Shown here one piece after another: positions 1 through 13,900 of a stretch of DNA of 64,000 nt (its first letter is position 1; every line of letters begins with the position of its first letter). This DNA is from Octopus sinensis (taxonomy: Eukaryota). Where the stretch lies: positions 10,230,001 to 10,294,000 of the forward strand of contig NC_043025.1 in the NCBI RefSeq assembly GCF_006345805.1. The letters are read 5' to 3'. Under the pieces are notes generated by a model. That model did not search any database. It was not told the DNA's origin and saw only the letters and a list, made by a program, of their open reading frames with translations. A program made the position numbers and the translations under genes.

Positions 1-177
1 GGCTGAGTGGTAAGAAGCTTCTTTCCCAACCACATGTTTCTAGGTTCAGTCTCACTGCATGGCACTTTGAGCAAGTGTCTTCTACCTCCTTGTTATGAAA
101 TTTTTTTTCTGGTATGAGAAGATAGCTAAAAGTTTGCTGCTCTTTGCAACAACCTACTTTTGCAAACAAGGATTTTC

Positions 178-585
178 GGATCCTTTTGGTTTGAACGGCA
201 GTTTTTTAACATAATTTCTAGGTAACTAAATAATTTTAAACTTCATATACTGGTAGAATGTGTTTATAAAACATCTTTTTCTCTTGGCTTTATTGAGAAA
301 ATTCTATGGTTTGTAAGATATTTGTTGTTTTTTTCCTTCAATTTCTGCAATTTCAACCAATCACTGACGTCTATTGAGGTAAAAAAAACATTCTGTGCCG
401 TATGAATATGTCCCTCGTTTAAGAAACAGATTGGGTTTATTTACATTTCTGAAGAAAAAAGATACCCTTCCCCTCACCCCTAACCCTAACTAACCCTAAT
501 CCTAAAACAGATTGAAATGCAATAGATCGATACTAGGGTCATAATTATGGGTGACAATTTCATATGACACCGCTAGAAAAAACTG
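178..585 (+). mobile_element. MITE family M1 copy (TIR GGATCTTTTCGGTTTGAACGGCAGTTTTT, internal CCCTAA-like motifs)
   Basis: About 410 bp and homologous to the other copies. The right TIR is degraded. Confidence 0.8.
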
Positions 586-690
586 TCCCACCTCCCGACA
601 CATGTTAAGTATAATTGACTTCAGCAAGATTTGAACACAGAATGTAAAGAGCCAGTACAAATACTGCAACGCCTTTTTATCCAACTTTCA

Positions 691-1110
691 GATTTTTTCG
701 GTTTGAACGGCAGTTTTTTCTAGAGGTGTCATATATGAAATTGTCACCCATAATTATGACCCTAGTATCGATCTATTGCATTTCAATCTGGGTTAGGGTT
801 AGTTAGGGTTAGGGGTGCGGGGAAGGGTATCTTTTTTCTTCACAAATGTAAATAAACCCAATCTGTTTTTTAAACGAGGGACATATTCATACGGCACAGA
901 ATGTTTTCACCCCAACAGACGTCATTGATTGGTTGAAACTGCAGAAATTGAAGAAAAAAACAACAAATATCTTACAAACTATAGAATTTTCTCAATAAAG
1001 CCAAGAGAAAAAGATGTTTTATAAAGACATTCTACCAGTATACGAAGTTTAAAAGTGTTTAGTTGCGTGGAAATTATTTTTAAAAACTGCCGGTCAAACC
1101 GAAAAGATCC
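691..1110 (-). mobile_element. MITE family M1 copy, inverted relative to 178-585
   Basis: Both TIRs present, reverse complement of copy 1. Confidence 0.85.
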
Positions 1111-1967
1111 CAACTTTCTACTAATTCTTTCTACTGATCCATTACCTCTAAATCTTTTGGTAATTGTTAACAAGTTGAGAGGAAGAAATAAGCAAAATTA
1201 AGAGGCGAAAATTGTTAGCTGAAAAACGAAGTTGTTAGTTGAGGTGCACCTGAAATACGAACTTCTATCGTCTTTCAATTGAATTCTATTCCTATTGATG
1301 ATGCTTTGTTGGAATATTAAATCGATTTCAGTATTTGACTGGTACTTTATTTCATCGAACCCCAGAAAAATAGAAGACAAAATCGACCTCGACAATATTT
1401 GAACTCAGAACGAAAGAACCAGAACAAATTTTGCAAGGAATATATTTTTTTTTTTCAAAGAAAATCTAAAACCTGAAATTATTTACGTGAAAAACGAAAT
1501 AATTAGTTTAGGTGCATATGAAAAATGAAATCGTATCAGCGCCCGAAAGACGAAACTGTTTTGGTCTTCTATCATAATTTCATTCTCATGTAGGATGTTT
1601 TATAGGAATATTAATATCAATTCTAATACTTGATTAGTACTTTATTTTATCGCCCCCGAAAAGATGAAAGGCTAAGCTAATCTCGGCAGGATTTGAACAC
1701 GGAACTAGAATTAAAAGCAGGTTCGATCGGTGTCCGATCGGTGTTTGATCTTTAGATGCTGGTTAGATTCTGAAGAGGGGACCCTTTATTTATTATTATT
1801 TCACAGCGAGACTTTGCAAATGGGATTTAATGTATCTGTTATACAAATATATAAATATATATATTAAATGCTAAATATACGTAATGTAAAGAACTCTTCT
1901 GTGTGGGACGAATAGATTACAACAGCAGCTGTTTTTTTTTTGCCAGAGCAGAGGAAAAGGCTTCGTT

Positions 1968-1970
1968 ATG
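1968..1970 (+). CDS. RABGGTA: RABGGTA start codon at the end of an upstream exon (ATG|GTGAGT)
   Basis: The next exon begins with CAT (His2) directly after an acceptor and has no in-frame upstream ATG. The best upstream ATG followed by a donor is cttcgttATG|gtgagt. Confidence 0.65.
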
Positions 1971-4900
1971 GTGAGTTGCTGTATAAAATGTATAGCTTTG
2001 TTTATTGTCACATATTTTCTGTATTTTACAACTTCAGTTACCTTCATATGCAATCTAGAATAAATTTAGGATATTGCTGATATACACAGCAAGGAACAAC
2101 AGACAAATAATTGAGTTTAATTTCTCTTCTTTCTGTAATTAGGGTGTGTTAAGGTAAATTACAGTTCAGGCTTTATTGTCACATCTTTCTGCATTTTTTT
2201 TACCTTCAAATAGCTTGAGTTACGATCTAGAATGGGTTGGGGATTCTGTTGGTAGTAGGGCAACATATATTTTCAAAATAGGGGGGGGGGCTGCCATCTA
2301 GTTAATTAACTTTAATTACGCTTCTTTCTATAATTAGGGTGGATTCTGTGTGGCGAGTTCATTAGCGAGGACTTCGTTTATTGTCACATAGTTCTGTATT
2401 CCACGCCTTCATTTAGTATAGAGTCTAGGGTGGGTTTCGGATACTGTAGGTACAAAAAATCTAAGTTTAATTATACTATTTTCTTTAATTAGAGTGTGAT
2501 ATGGTAAATGTGTATAGAGAATGCATCAGCAAAGTGGTCGATAAATATCTAGAATGATTTTAAGTATGATTCGGCATTCTTAGGGTGCTGAATCTGGAAG
2601 AGTGGGGGTACTTTAGGGCTCAACAATTTCCAGCCAAATATCGATACAATAACTAGTATTCACCAAATATATTTTACATTAAATATTCCGACTGTACTAA
2701 TTAATGTAATATGGTAGAATCGTTAGCACACCGGTCGAGATGCTTAGCGGCATTTCGTCCGTGTTTACGTTCTGAGTTCAAATTGTGGCGAGGCTGACTT
2801 TGCCTTTCATCCTTTCCAGGTCGATAAAATAACTACCAGTTGAGCAAGCACAGAGATCGATAAAATCGACTTGCTTCCTCCCCGAAATTATTGGTCTTAT
2901 GCCAAAATTTGAAACCAGTATGATAATCGGACTGGATTTTTGTTGGGTTTTCTTTTACCAATTTCTTAAAATATTTTCTTTGTAAAAAGCAGTAATGACA
3001 CAAAAAATGTAAATTATAAGTACCCTGACCCACTGGTATAAAGACTTCATTTATTATCACATATTTTAGCATTTCACCCGTTCAAGTAGCTGGGTACAAC
3101 AGTCCAGAGGGATGTACTGGCATAGCATATATAGTAGAACAAGTTTTATTATAAAAATACTAATAAACAGAACCACTAGAAGTATATTTGCTTCTCTTTC
3201 TATAATTATTGTGGGTTAGAGAGAATTCGTTTAGTTATCACATAGATCTCTATTTCACATCTTCCCGTAACTGGAAACACATAGTCTAGAACAGAAGACT
3301 ACTGGTATATAACAAGGAAAGATTTATTATTTTTAAAAAAGTGAGGAAGAAACACATAATTGAATTTAATTGCACCCTTTTCTGTAATTAGGGTGAGTTA
3401 TGTAAGGTGGATGTAAATGCACGGCCTAGTATTTAGGGCAGTGGTTTTCAACCAGGGTTCCGCCAGTACAGTGCAGGGGTTCCGCAAGAAGTTACAAAAC
3501 TGCTAAAATCGGCAGTAATTTTTACTTCTCCTGTGCAGATATGTGTGCATAAGACTATTAAATTATTGCACAGGAGTTCCTCGAGCCAGTGGAATGTTTC
3601 CTTGGGGTTCCGCTCCAGCAAAAAGTTTGAAAAGCACTGATTTAGGGTGTTGCATTTTCGTGATCGGATGATCGTGGCTTCGATCCTCGGAGCGGGCAGT
3701 GCGTTGTGTTCTTGAGCAAAACACTCTATTTCACCTGGTTCCAATCTACTCAGCTATAAATGAATCCCGTTCTGAGGGAGTTTTGTAACTCAGTCACTTA
3801 ACACGCCATGGAAACCGAATTAAGCTTCGGCTTTATGAGTTTTAGAGCTCATGGCAGATTTAATCCACGTTGAATTTCTGCATAATCTTCGTTTATTGTC
3901 ACATTTTCGGCTAGCTTGATATAATTATACCATTTTCTGTAATTAGGGTGTGTTATTGTGAACCCCTAGTGAGAATGCATCAGCAAAGTGGTCGATAAAT
4001 AGGTAGAATGGTTTTGAGTATTAAGGGTGCTGAATCTGGAATACTGTAGGTAATTTAGGGCTCAGTAATCCTCAGCCACATATCGATGCAAAAACTAGTA
4101 TTAGGGCTGCAGGTGTAGAGTGCTGTTGGTATATTGCTGGAAAATATTTATTATTAAAAAAAATAAAACAAACAAGAAAAAAAGAAACTGAGAATCTTTT
4201 CGGTTTGAACAGCAGTTTTTTCTAGCGGTGTCATATGAAATTGTCACCCATAATTATGACCCTAGTATTGATCTATTGCATTTCAATCTGTTTTAGGATT
4301 AGGGTTCTTCAAGGCAGTGCCCCAGCATGGCCCTAGTCTAATTACTAAAAGATGTGTGTGTGTGTGTTAGAATTCCGCTGAGGTCAACTTTGCCTTTCAT
4401 CCTTTTACAGTCGATGAAATAAGTACCTATTTCTTTACTACCCACCAGGGGCTAAACACAGAGAGGACAAACAAGGACAGACAGACGGATTAAGTCGATT
4501 ATATCGACCCCAGTGTGTAACTGGTGCTTATTTAATCGACCCCGAAAGGATGAAAGGCAAAGTCGACCTCGGCGGAATTTGAACTCAGAACGTAGTGGCA
4601 GACGAAATACCTATTTCTTTACTACCCACAAGGGGCTAAACACAGAGAGGACAAACAAGGACAGACAGACGGATTAAGTCGATTATATCGACCCCAGTGT
4701 GTAACTGGTGCTTATTTAATCGACCCCGAAAGGATGAAAGGCAAAGTCGACCTTGGCAGAATTTGAACTCAGAACATAACAGCAGACAAAATACCACCTA
4801 GCATTTCACCCGGTATGCTAACGTTTCTGTCAGCTCGCCGCCTTAATTCTACCAAATTCTATCACGGTCAACTTTACTTTTGTCTTTTTGGAGTCGATGA

Positions 4901-7900
4901 AATAAGTACCTGTTATGCACTAAGGGCAATGCAGTCAACTTATCCCCTCCCCCAAAATTTCAGGCCTTGTACCTATAACAAAAAAGGGTTATTTTGAGGT
5001 GGTAGTGAGGACATGCTATGTGGCTGTTCTGTAGTGTAGCAGCGGTGGTGGTGGTAGTGGTGGTGGTGGTGGTGACAGTGTTGCTTGATAGCGACAATGT
5101 GTGGTTGAGATGTAGTGTGACAATAGTCAAGCCATCATATGGTGATGTAGTGTGACAGTTGAGACATGTTGTGTGTGGGTGTACAGTGAGCTGGTCAGGA
5201 CATCATATAACTTGTTAACAGAAATGTTTTCCTTTCCCAGCATGGTCGTGTGAAGGTAAGAACAACAGCTGAACAGGCTGAAGTGAAAAGGAAGGAGAGA
5301 GAGAAGAAGCTACAGTTATACAGTGCTGCATTGGAGAAGATATTTGATAAGGTATGTAGATTATGAGCCAAGTTGGGGGCTGGTGTCTTTCAAATTGCCT
5401 GGAATTGTTCGGAAAGAGGTAGACCCAGGAAAACCTGGGACGAGGTGGTGAAGAACGACCTTCGTACTTTAGGTCTCACCAAGGAAATGACCAGAGACCG
5501 AGACCTTTGGAAGTATGCTGTGCGTGGGAAGACCCAGCAGGACAAGTGAGACCATAACCCGTGGCCTCTACCTGGGACGTAGCCAGCCCACTTATGCATA
5601 CTTTTCCTTCTTGTGACAGAAACCCTACTTGTGAAGACCTGTTGAGGCAAGTGAAAATCGAAATCGATCAACATCAATGGAAATTGTAGCTGAGATACCA
5701 GTGCTGGTGGCACATAAGAGAATCATCCGAAAGTGGCCATTGCCAGCGCCGCCCCGACTGGCCTCTGTGCTGGTGGCACGTAGAAATCAACCATCTGATC
5801 ATGGCCGTTTGCCAGCCTCATCTGGCACATAAAAAGCACCCACTACACTCTCAGAGTGGTTGGCGTTAGGAAGGGCATCCAGCTGTAGAAACACTGCCAG
5901 ATCAGACTGGGCCTGGTGCAGCCTTCTGGCTTCCCAGACCCCAGTTGAACCGTCCAACCCATGCTAGCATGGAAAACGGACGTTAAACGATGATGATGTT
6001 CCTAATTGAAGTAGTCCTTGTACCTAGTCGGTCCTGTAAATTTCAGGTTCTGACTATCTATAGTTCTGATTGTATGAGCATTTACAGTAGGGGCTGAGCT
6101 AAATTTTAGGATTTTGTTAAATTTCAAAGCTATGTGATAATACGTGGTTAACCTTTAGCACTCTGCATTTCCTCTAGATTTGTTTCCCCTACCACTGTCC
6201 TGTTACAACAGGGGATAAAACTTATACAGTGACCTGATGCTCCCACCGTGTGCTAAAGGTTAATTTAAAACAATATGCCAGCGCCACCTAGACTGGCCTC
6301 TGTGCCGGTGGCACATAAAGAGCACCATCCGAATGTGGCTGATGCCAGTGCCGCCTTGACTGGCTTCCGTGCCGGTGGCATGTAAAAAGCACCAATCTGA
6401 TCGTGGCTGGTTGCCAGCCTCGCCTGGCACATAAAAAACAACCACTACACTCACGGAGTGGTTGGCGTTAGGAAGGGCATCCAGCTGTAGAAACACTGCC
6501 AGATCAGACTGGAGCCTGGTGCAGCCTTCTGGCTTCCCAGACCCCAGTTGAACCGTCCAACCCATGCTAGCATGGAAAACGGACGTTAAACGACGATGAT
6601 GAGGATAATAATAATAATAATAATAATAATTGTGTACAGTGCTCAGGTGCACTACAACTCATCTAAAGTGTATATATAATCAGGTGTAGTTTCGACGGAT
6701 TTCGGGAAGCATGAGGGCCTTAAAGGATGCAGTGTCATGGCAGTCAACAACTGATGCAGGCAGTTTATTCCACGCTTCAGCAACCCTGAGCGTGAAAAAA
6801 TGTTTCCGAAAGTCATGGGAGCTGTGCTGTTTTCTGACTTTGTAGGCATGTCCACGTGTGTTAGACACATGGAGATCAAAAAGGTGTTCAGTGTTGTTGT
6901 TGGTGAGGTGGTTGATAACCTTGTGGGTGTTTACCAAGTCCGTCGCTAGACGCCGGAGCTTCAGTGAATCCATGCCCAGGGAAACAAGGCGCTCAGAATA
7001 TGGTAGGTGTCTGATGGAGGGTATGCGTTTGGTTGCACGTCTCTGGACAGATTCCAGGAGGTCAATGTTCTGAGCAAGATAGGGATTCCAAACTGATGAT
7101 GCGAATTCCAAGTGTGGTCGTACCATAGCTGTATACAGTTTTAAATAGATGGCTGGAGAGCGGCTAACAAAAGTCTTGCTGAGTGATGCCAAGACACCCT
7201 CGGCCTTCTTGACAATTTTAGAGATATGCTTTGTCCAACGCAAATCACTGCTGACAGTGATGCCTAGGTCATGCTCGCAAGAGGATTTCTTGATATCAGT
7301 GTTGTGGAGGGAGTATGTGGACGCAGGGTTTTTTCTCCCAAAATGCATGGTGGTACACTTGTCCACAGCCAGTTTCAGTTGCCAGTCTGTGATCCATTGC
7401 TGCATTGCGTCTAGGTCTGATTGCAGGAAAGAGTTGTAGACATCTGGATCAGTCCTCTTGATTTCAAGGTACAGCTTGATGTCGTCTGCATATTTCAATA
7501 CTGTGGCATTCTTTAAATTGGCATCTATGTCATTAATGTATGCCACAAACAGGAGGGGCCCAAGGACAGATCCCTGTGGTACACCCGATGGTGTAGAGTG
7601 CTGTCCTAGAACTGTGACTACCTCCTTTCGGCTGAGGATGAAGGATTTTAACCAGTTAAAAAGGTCATCCCCCACACCCATTGCAGAGAGTTTCACCATA
7701 AGCCTTTTGTGTGGCACAGAGTTGAAAGCCTTAGCAAAGTCAAGGTAGACAACATCCACCCATGAGCCACTGTCAGTGATCTGAGTAATGTCCTCAAGGA
7801 ACTCGACAAGCTGGTCACTGCAGCTGGAGTTAGGGACAAATCCATATTGTGAGGGTCGGATGAGACTGTGAGAGCTCCAGAAGTTCCAGAGTGTTTCTCT

Positions 7901-10900
7901 GACACACGATTCCATCAGTTTTGCAATACAGCTAGTGAGACTGACTGGGTGATAGTTGACAGGTGATGTGCGGTCACCCTTTTTGAACAGAGGAATGACA
8001 CTGGCAGTTTTCCACTGCTCCGGAGTAGCACCATTGTTGAGACAGTACTGGAAGAAAATAGAAAGCTGGTGTAAAAGGAAGTGCCTGCCACGTTTGAGAA
8101 GCAGGTATGTAACTCCATCAAGACCAGGGGAGGCATAGTTGCGCTTATTTTGAAGGTGACGTCGCAGCATTGCAGGTGTAAATTCCATAGTTGTTATGGA
8201 GTTTGCTGTTAGTGATGGTGAAGATGGTACATTTTGACTTTCGACAGTGAATATGTTTGCATAGCACTCGGCAATGAGTTCTGCGCATTCCTTGGGGTCG
8301 TCAGTGATCTGGTTCGTGTGAGGGTTGCGAAGAGGGCCCACTGGAGAGTGAGGTCTCTGCTTTGAATGCACATATTTCCAGAAAACCTTGCTGTCAGGAT
8401 TGGCTGCTATGCACTGTTCAAATTCAAGCACTGCATTTTTTGTCACTTACTTGATATGGTTGGAGGATTTATTCCGCTTCTTCCTGTTGGATGTTACTAA
8501 TTGAAGTAGTCCTTGTACCTAGTCAGTCCTGTAAATTTCAAGTTCTAACTATGTATAGTTCTGATTGTATGAGCATTTACAGTAGGATCTGAGCTAAATT
8601 TGAGGATTTTGTTAAATTTCAAAGCTATGTGATAATACGTGGTTAACCTTTAGCACTCTGCATTTCCTCTAGATTTGTTTCCCCTACCACTGTCCTGTTA
8701 CAACAGGAGATAAAATTTATACAGTGACCTGATGTTCCCAAACTGTGCTAAAGGTTAATTTAAAACAATATGCCAGCGCCGCCTAGACTGCCTTCCGTGC
8801 AGGTGGCACGTAAAAAGCACCATTCAAACGTGGCTGATGCCAGTGCCGCCTTGACTGGCTTCCGTGCCGGTGGCATGTAAAAAGCACCAATCCGATCGTG
8901 GCCGTTGCCAGCCTCGCCTGGCACCTATGCCGGTGATACGTAAAAAGCACCCACTACACTCAAGGAGTGGTTGGCGTTAGGAAGGGCATTTAGCTGTAGA
9001 AACACTGCCAGATCAGATTGGAGCCTGGTGCAGCCTTCTGGCTTCCCAGATCCCTGGTCGAACCGTCCAACCCATGCTAGCATGGAAAACGGTTAAACGC
9101 TGATGATGATGAATATGAATGGAAAAGCATTACTTTTCACAGTGTAATCTGAGTGCTAAAGGGTTAAGTATGTAACATCAATAGTAGACTTGCACCTATT
9201 TATTTATTTATTTATTTCTCCATTTTCCAGCGAAACAATTCCGTCTTTGATGAAAAGGGATTGAGTCTCTGTGCTGAAGTTCTCCTAGTCAACCCAGATT
9301 TCTACACTCTCTGGAACTTCCGCAAAGAAATCCTCGTAGCTTTCAAGGAGACACGGTATGTTTATTGATTTATCTAAATATGACAGCTGTTTCAGAAGCC
9401 TTCTTTATTTGTCTATATACTAGCTATTAAGTAACTGTGGAGGCGCAATGGCCCAGTGGTTAGGGCAGCGGACTCGCGGTTTCGATTCCTAGACCGGGCG
9501 TTGTGAGTGTTTATTGAGCGAAAACACCTAAAGCTCCACGAGGCTCCGGCAGGGGATGGTGGTGATCCCTGCTGTACTCTTTCACCACAACTTTCTCTCA
9601 CTCTTACTTCCTGTTTCTGTTGTACCTGTATTTCAAAGGGGCCGGCCTTGTCACTCTCTGTGTCACGCTGAATACCCCCGAGAACTACGTTAAAGGTACA
9701 CGTGTCTGTGGAGTGCTCAGCCACTTGCACGTTAATTTCACGAGCAGGCTGTTCCGTTGATCGGATCAACCGGAACTCTCATCGTCGTAACCGACGGAGT
9801 GCTTCCATTAAGTAACTGACCCCGAATGGGAAGATCTGCAAACAAATCTCTGACTTGTTTTGGAGAATCTTTTAGTCAAAAGTATTAACCACAGAACTTA
9901 TCTTTTTAATCCTAATACTTTTTCTATTGGTCATTTTTGCCGAACTGCTAAGTTACAGGGATATAAATGCCCAAAAATTGTTGTCAAGCAGTGGTGGAGG
10001 ACAGACACAAAGGCACACACACACACACAGATATATATGTGTGTAATACATACACACACACACACAACAGGCTTCTTTCATTTTGTCTACCAAATCCACT
10101 CACTAGCTTTTGACCATAGGCCCACTGGATTTAGGACTGACCTAGGGCTACACAACCATACCAACAAATAGTTTATGTCAGATAACGTATGGTGTAAACG
10201 ATTATCTCTTGTTCATTTTCAGATCTACCAAGGATCTCCAGCGTTTGTTTGAGGAAGAACTATCCTTCATCGAGTCCTGTCTTAGAGTTAATCCAAAATC
10301 TTATGGTTCCTGGGATCATCGCATCTTTGTCCAACAGAACATTCCACACCCAAACTGGACGAGGGAACTTGCTTTGTGTAACAAATTCTTGGAGTACGAC
10401 GAGAGAAACTGTAAGTAAAGTTATTAAGATCTGGTTTATCAGGTTTCAGATATTTAGTATGAGTTTTGAAGGAGGTGCAGAGGTATAGTCTTGGCTTTGA
10501 GGAAGGTATCCTACTCAAAGAAGGTACCCTACCCAAAGAAGGTACCTCATCCAAGCAACATTCCTAACCCAAGGAAGGTATTTTACTGTGTGGTATTTTA
10601 CTGTGCCAGCGGCTAGCTGGCAGAAACGTTAGCACGCCGGGCGAAATGCCTATCGGTATTTTGTCTGCCACTATGTTCTGAGTTCAAATTCTGCTGGGGT
10701 TGACTTCGCCTTTCATCCTTTCGGGGTCGATAAATTAAGTACCATTTACACACTGGGGTCGATATAATCGACTTAATCCATTTGTCTGTCCTTGTTTGTC
10801 CACTCTGTGTTTAGCCCCTTGTGGGTAGTAAAGAAATAGGTATTTTACTGTGCCAGCAGCGAGCTGACAAAAACGATAGATACATACATATTTGTCTACT

Positions 10901-13900
10901 AAATTCACTCCCAAGACATTACTTGCCTCATGGCTATAGAAGAAGCCACTTGCTCAAAGTACAGTGGGACTAAACCCAAAACCACATGGTTTCAAAGTGA
11001 ACTTTTTCTTCTAGAGAGAACTTTGTCAGTGAGCAGTTTCAGAGCTGAATATAGGCTAAAAACCTGTGGTCTATTCGCTCCCAATTCACATGCACACACA
11101 CACACACCTGTTTTTTTCTACATGAATATTTATTTGCTTGCATCTGTTGTTGTACTTTCAGTTCACTGCTGGGATTATCGACGTTTCGTTGTGAAGAATT
11201 CCAACAGTGTAACCTTGCAAGATGAGTTTGATTTCACTACTACTAAAATCTGCAACAATTTTTCCAACTATTCTTCTTGGCACTACCGGAGCAAACTCCT
11301 GCCTCTTCTCCTCCCAGACCCTAGTCAGCCAGCTGGCACCAAAGAAGAGGCCATTCTTGAAGGTAATATTAAATATTTAATTGAGGCAATAAGCTGGTAG
11401 AAACGTTAGCACGCCGCGCAAAATGCTTAGCGGTATTTCGTCTGCCGTTACGTTCTGAGTTCAAATTCCGCCGAGGTCGACTTTGCCTTTCATCCTTTCG
11501 GGGTCAATTAAATAAGTACCAGTTATGCACTTGAATCGATGTAATCGACTTAATCCGTTTGTCTGTCCTTGTTTGTCCTCTCTGTGTTTAGCCCCTTGTG
11601 GGTAGTAAAGAAATAGGTATTTCATCTGCTGTTAAGTTCTGAGTTCAAATTCTGCCGAGTTCGACTTTGTCTTTCATCCTTTCGGGGTCGATAAATTAAG
11701 TACCAGTTACGCACTGGGGTCGATATAATTGACTTAATCCATTTGTCTGTCCTTGTTTGTCCGCTCTGTGGGTAGTAAAGAAATAGGTATTTCATCTGCC
11801 GCTACGTTCTGTGTTCAAATTCTGCCGAGGTCGACTTTGCCTTTCAGCCTATTTTCCATTACATTTTAGACAGATTCAGTGCTGAGTTAAACAATAGTAC
11901 AGATTTGTTGTCAGTGCCTTATTTATATTTTTCTGAAATTTTCATTATGTCTTGCAACCTTTTCAATAAGTAAATGACTGGAAATCGAACCAGTGAGTGT
12001 GTTAAGTAATAAGGCACTAAAAGAGAATGACTCTCCCCTGACACAATAAAATTGTATAAAATGTTTTGTAGTCATTTGTTCCAACTCTTTACATTCTTAG
12101 TTCTAATCCTGCTGGTGTCAACTTTGCCCTTCATCCTTCTAGAGAGCAATTTCAGATTTAAAGGGTCAAATTACATGGGGTAGTGGATTGGCAAAATCTT
12201 TAGTGTATTGGGTATAATACCTTGTGGTATTTGTTCCAGCTCTTTACATTTTGAGTCCAAATCTCATTCAAGTCAAACCACAGAAGAAAATCTTTATACT
12301 CTTTTACTTGTTTCAGTCATTTGACTGCGGCCATGCTGGAGCACCACCTTTTAGTCGAGCAAATCGACCCCAGGACTTATTCTTTGTAAGCCCAGTACTC
12401 GTTCTATTGGTCTCTTTTGCCGAACCACTAAGTGACGGGGACGTAAACACACCAGCATCGGTTGTCAAGCAATGCTTGGTGGACAAACACAGACACACAA
12501 ACACATAGAAATATATATATATATATACATATATACGACAGGCTTCTTTCAGTTTCCGTCTACCAAATCCACTCACAAGGCATTGGTCGGCCCGGGGCTA
12601 TAGCAGAAGACACTTGCCCAAGATGCCACGCAGTGGGACTGAACCCGGAACCATGTGGTTGGTAAACAAGCTACTTACCACACAGCCACTCCTGCGCATG
12701 TATAGTTCTGTATTATAATATTTTTGGTAGCACAGCAGTGGTGGAAGGGTTAAACCCTTTAGTATTTAATCCAGCCCAAGTTTTCTACCTGTTTTATGTT
12801 CAAACTAGCCAGATCCAGCCTCTCACACCTACCCTACAATGTCATTCTAAAAATAAAGTCACAACATCGAAATCTCAAAGCTATGAGATCATGCATAATT
12901 TAAAACAATGTAACTAAATAGACATTACATTTCACAGAGTAATCTGACTACTAAAGGGTTGAAAAGCTGCACTGTTGCTTCACTTCTTATTAAAGTATTC
13001 AGATCTTATCACAACCCTTGTAATATGCCTGTAATCAAGGTACATAACTCTACCTCCCTCACTGTTTAAGTGGATCTTTACGGTTTGACCGGCAGTTTTT
13101 TCTAGCAGTGTCATATGAAATTGTCACCCATAATTATGACCCTAGTATCGATCTATTGCATTTCAATGTTTTAGGGTTAGGATTAGGGGTGGGGGGAAGG
13201 GTATCTTATTTTCTTCACAAATGTAAATAAACCCAATCTGTTTCTTAAAACGAGGGACATATTCATATGGCACAGAATCTTTTTACCTCAAGAGACATCA
13301 TTGATTAGTTGAAATTGCAGAAATTGAAGATAAAAAACCAACAAATATCTTACAAACTATAGAATTTTCTCAATAAAGCCAAGAGAAAAAGATGTTTTAT
13401 AAACACATTCTACCAGTATACGAAGTTTAAAAGTGTTTATTTTCATGGAAATTATTTTTTTAAAATGCCAGTCAAACCTAAAAGATCTCTTGTCACTGTA
13501 ATGAATTTTTTTTTTTACTAAATTTTTGTTGAAATATAACAGTATTTATTTCAATTAATTTTGAAAACTAATGAAGAATTTAGAAAAATAGCCTTGTCGT
13601 TGTTAACCCTTTTGTTACTAACCCAGCCAAAACTGGCTCTGGCTCTGTGGTAAAATGTCTTGTTTTCATAAACTCTAAATTAAAATATTCCACCAAACCT
13701 TAGTCACAATTTATGTTCCTAACACTAGCTTAATGATAACTAAGTTATTTTACTAAATTCTTTGTTATATTTAAAATAATTGAAAGAAACACAGACCATC
13801 TCAAAATAAATACAGTAACGAAAGGGTTAATTAAGCTGGTGTTTGGAACATAAATTAAGATGAAATTTTGATGGGAGCTTTTAATTTAGATTACTTTAAA

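Noticed and set aside
478-505. Interstitial telomere or chromosome-fusion relic
   Set aside because: The few CCCTAA units are an integral part of a dispersed MITE, not a telomeric array.
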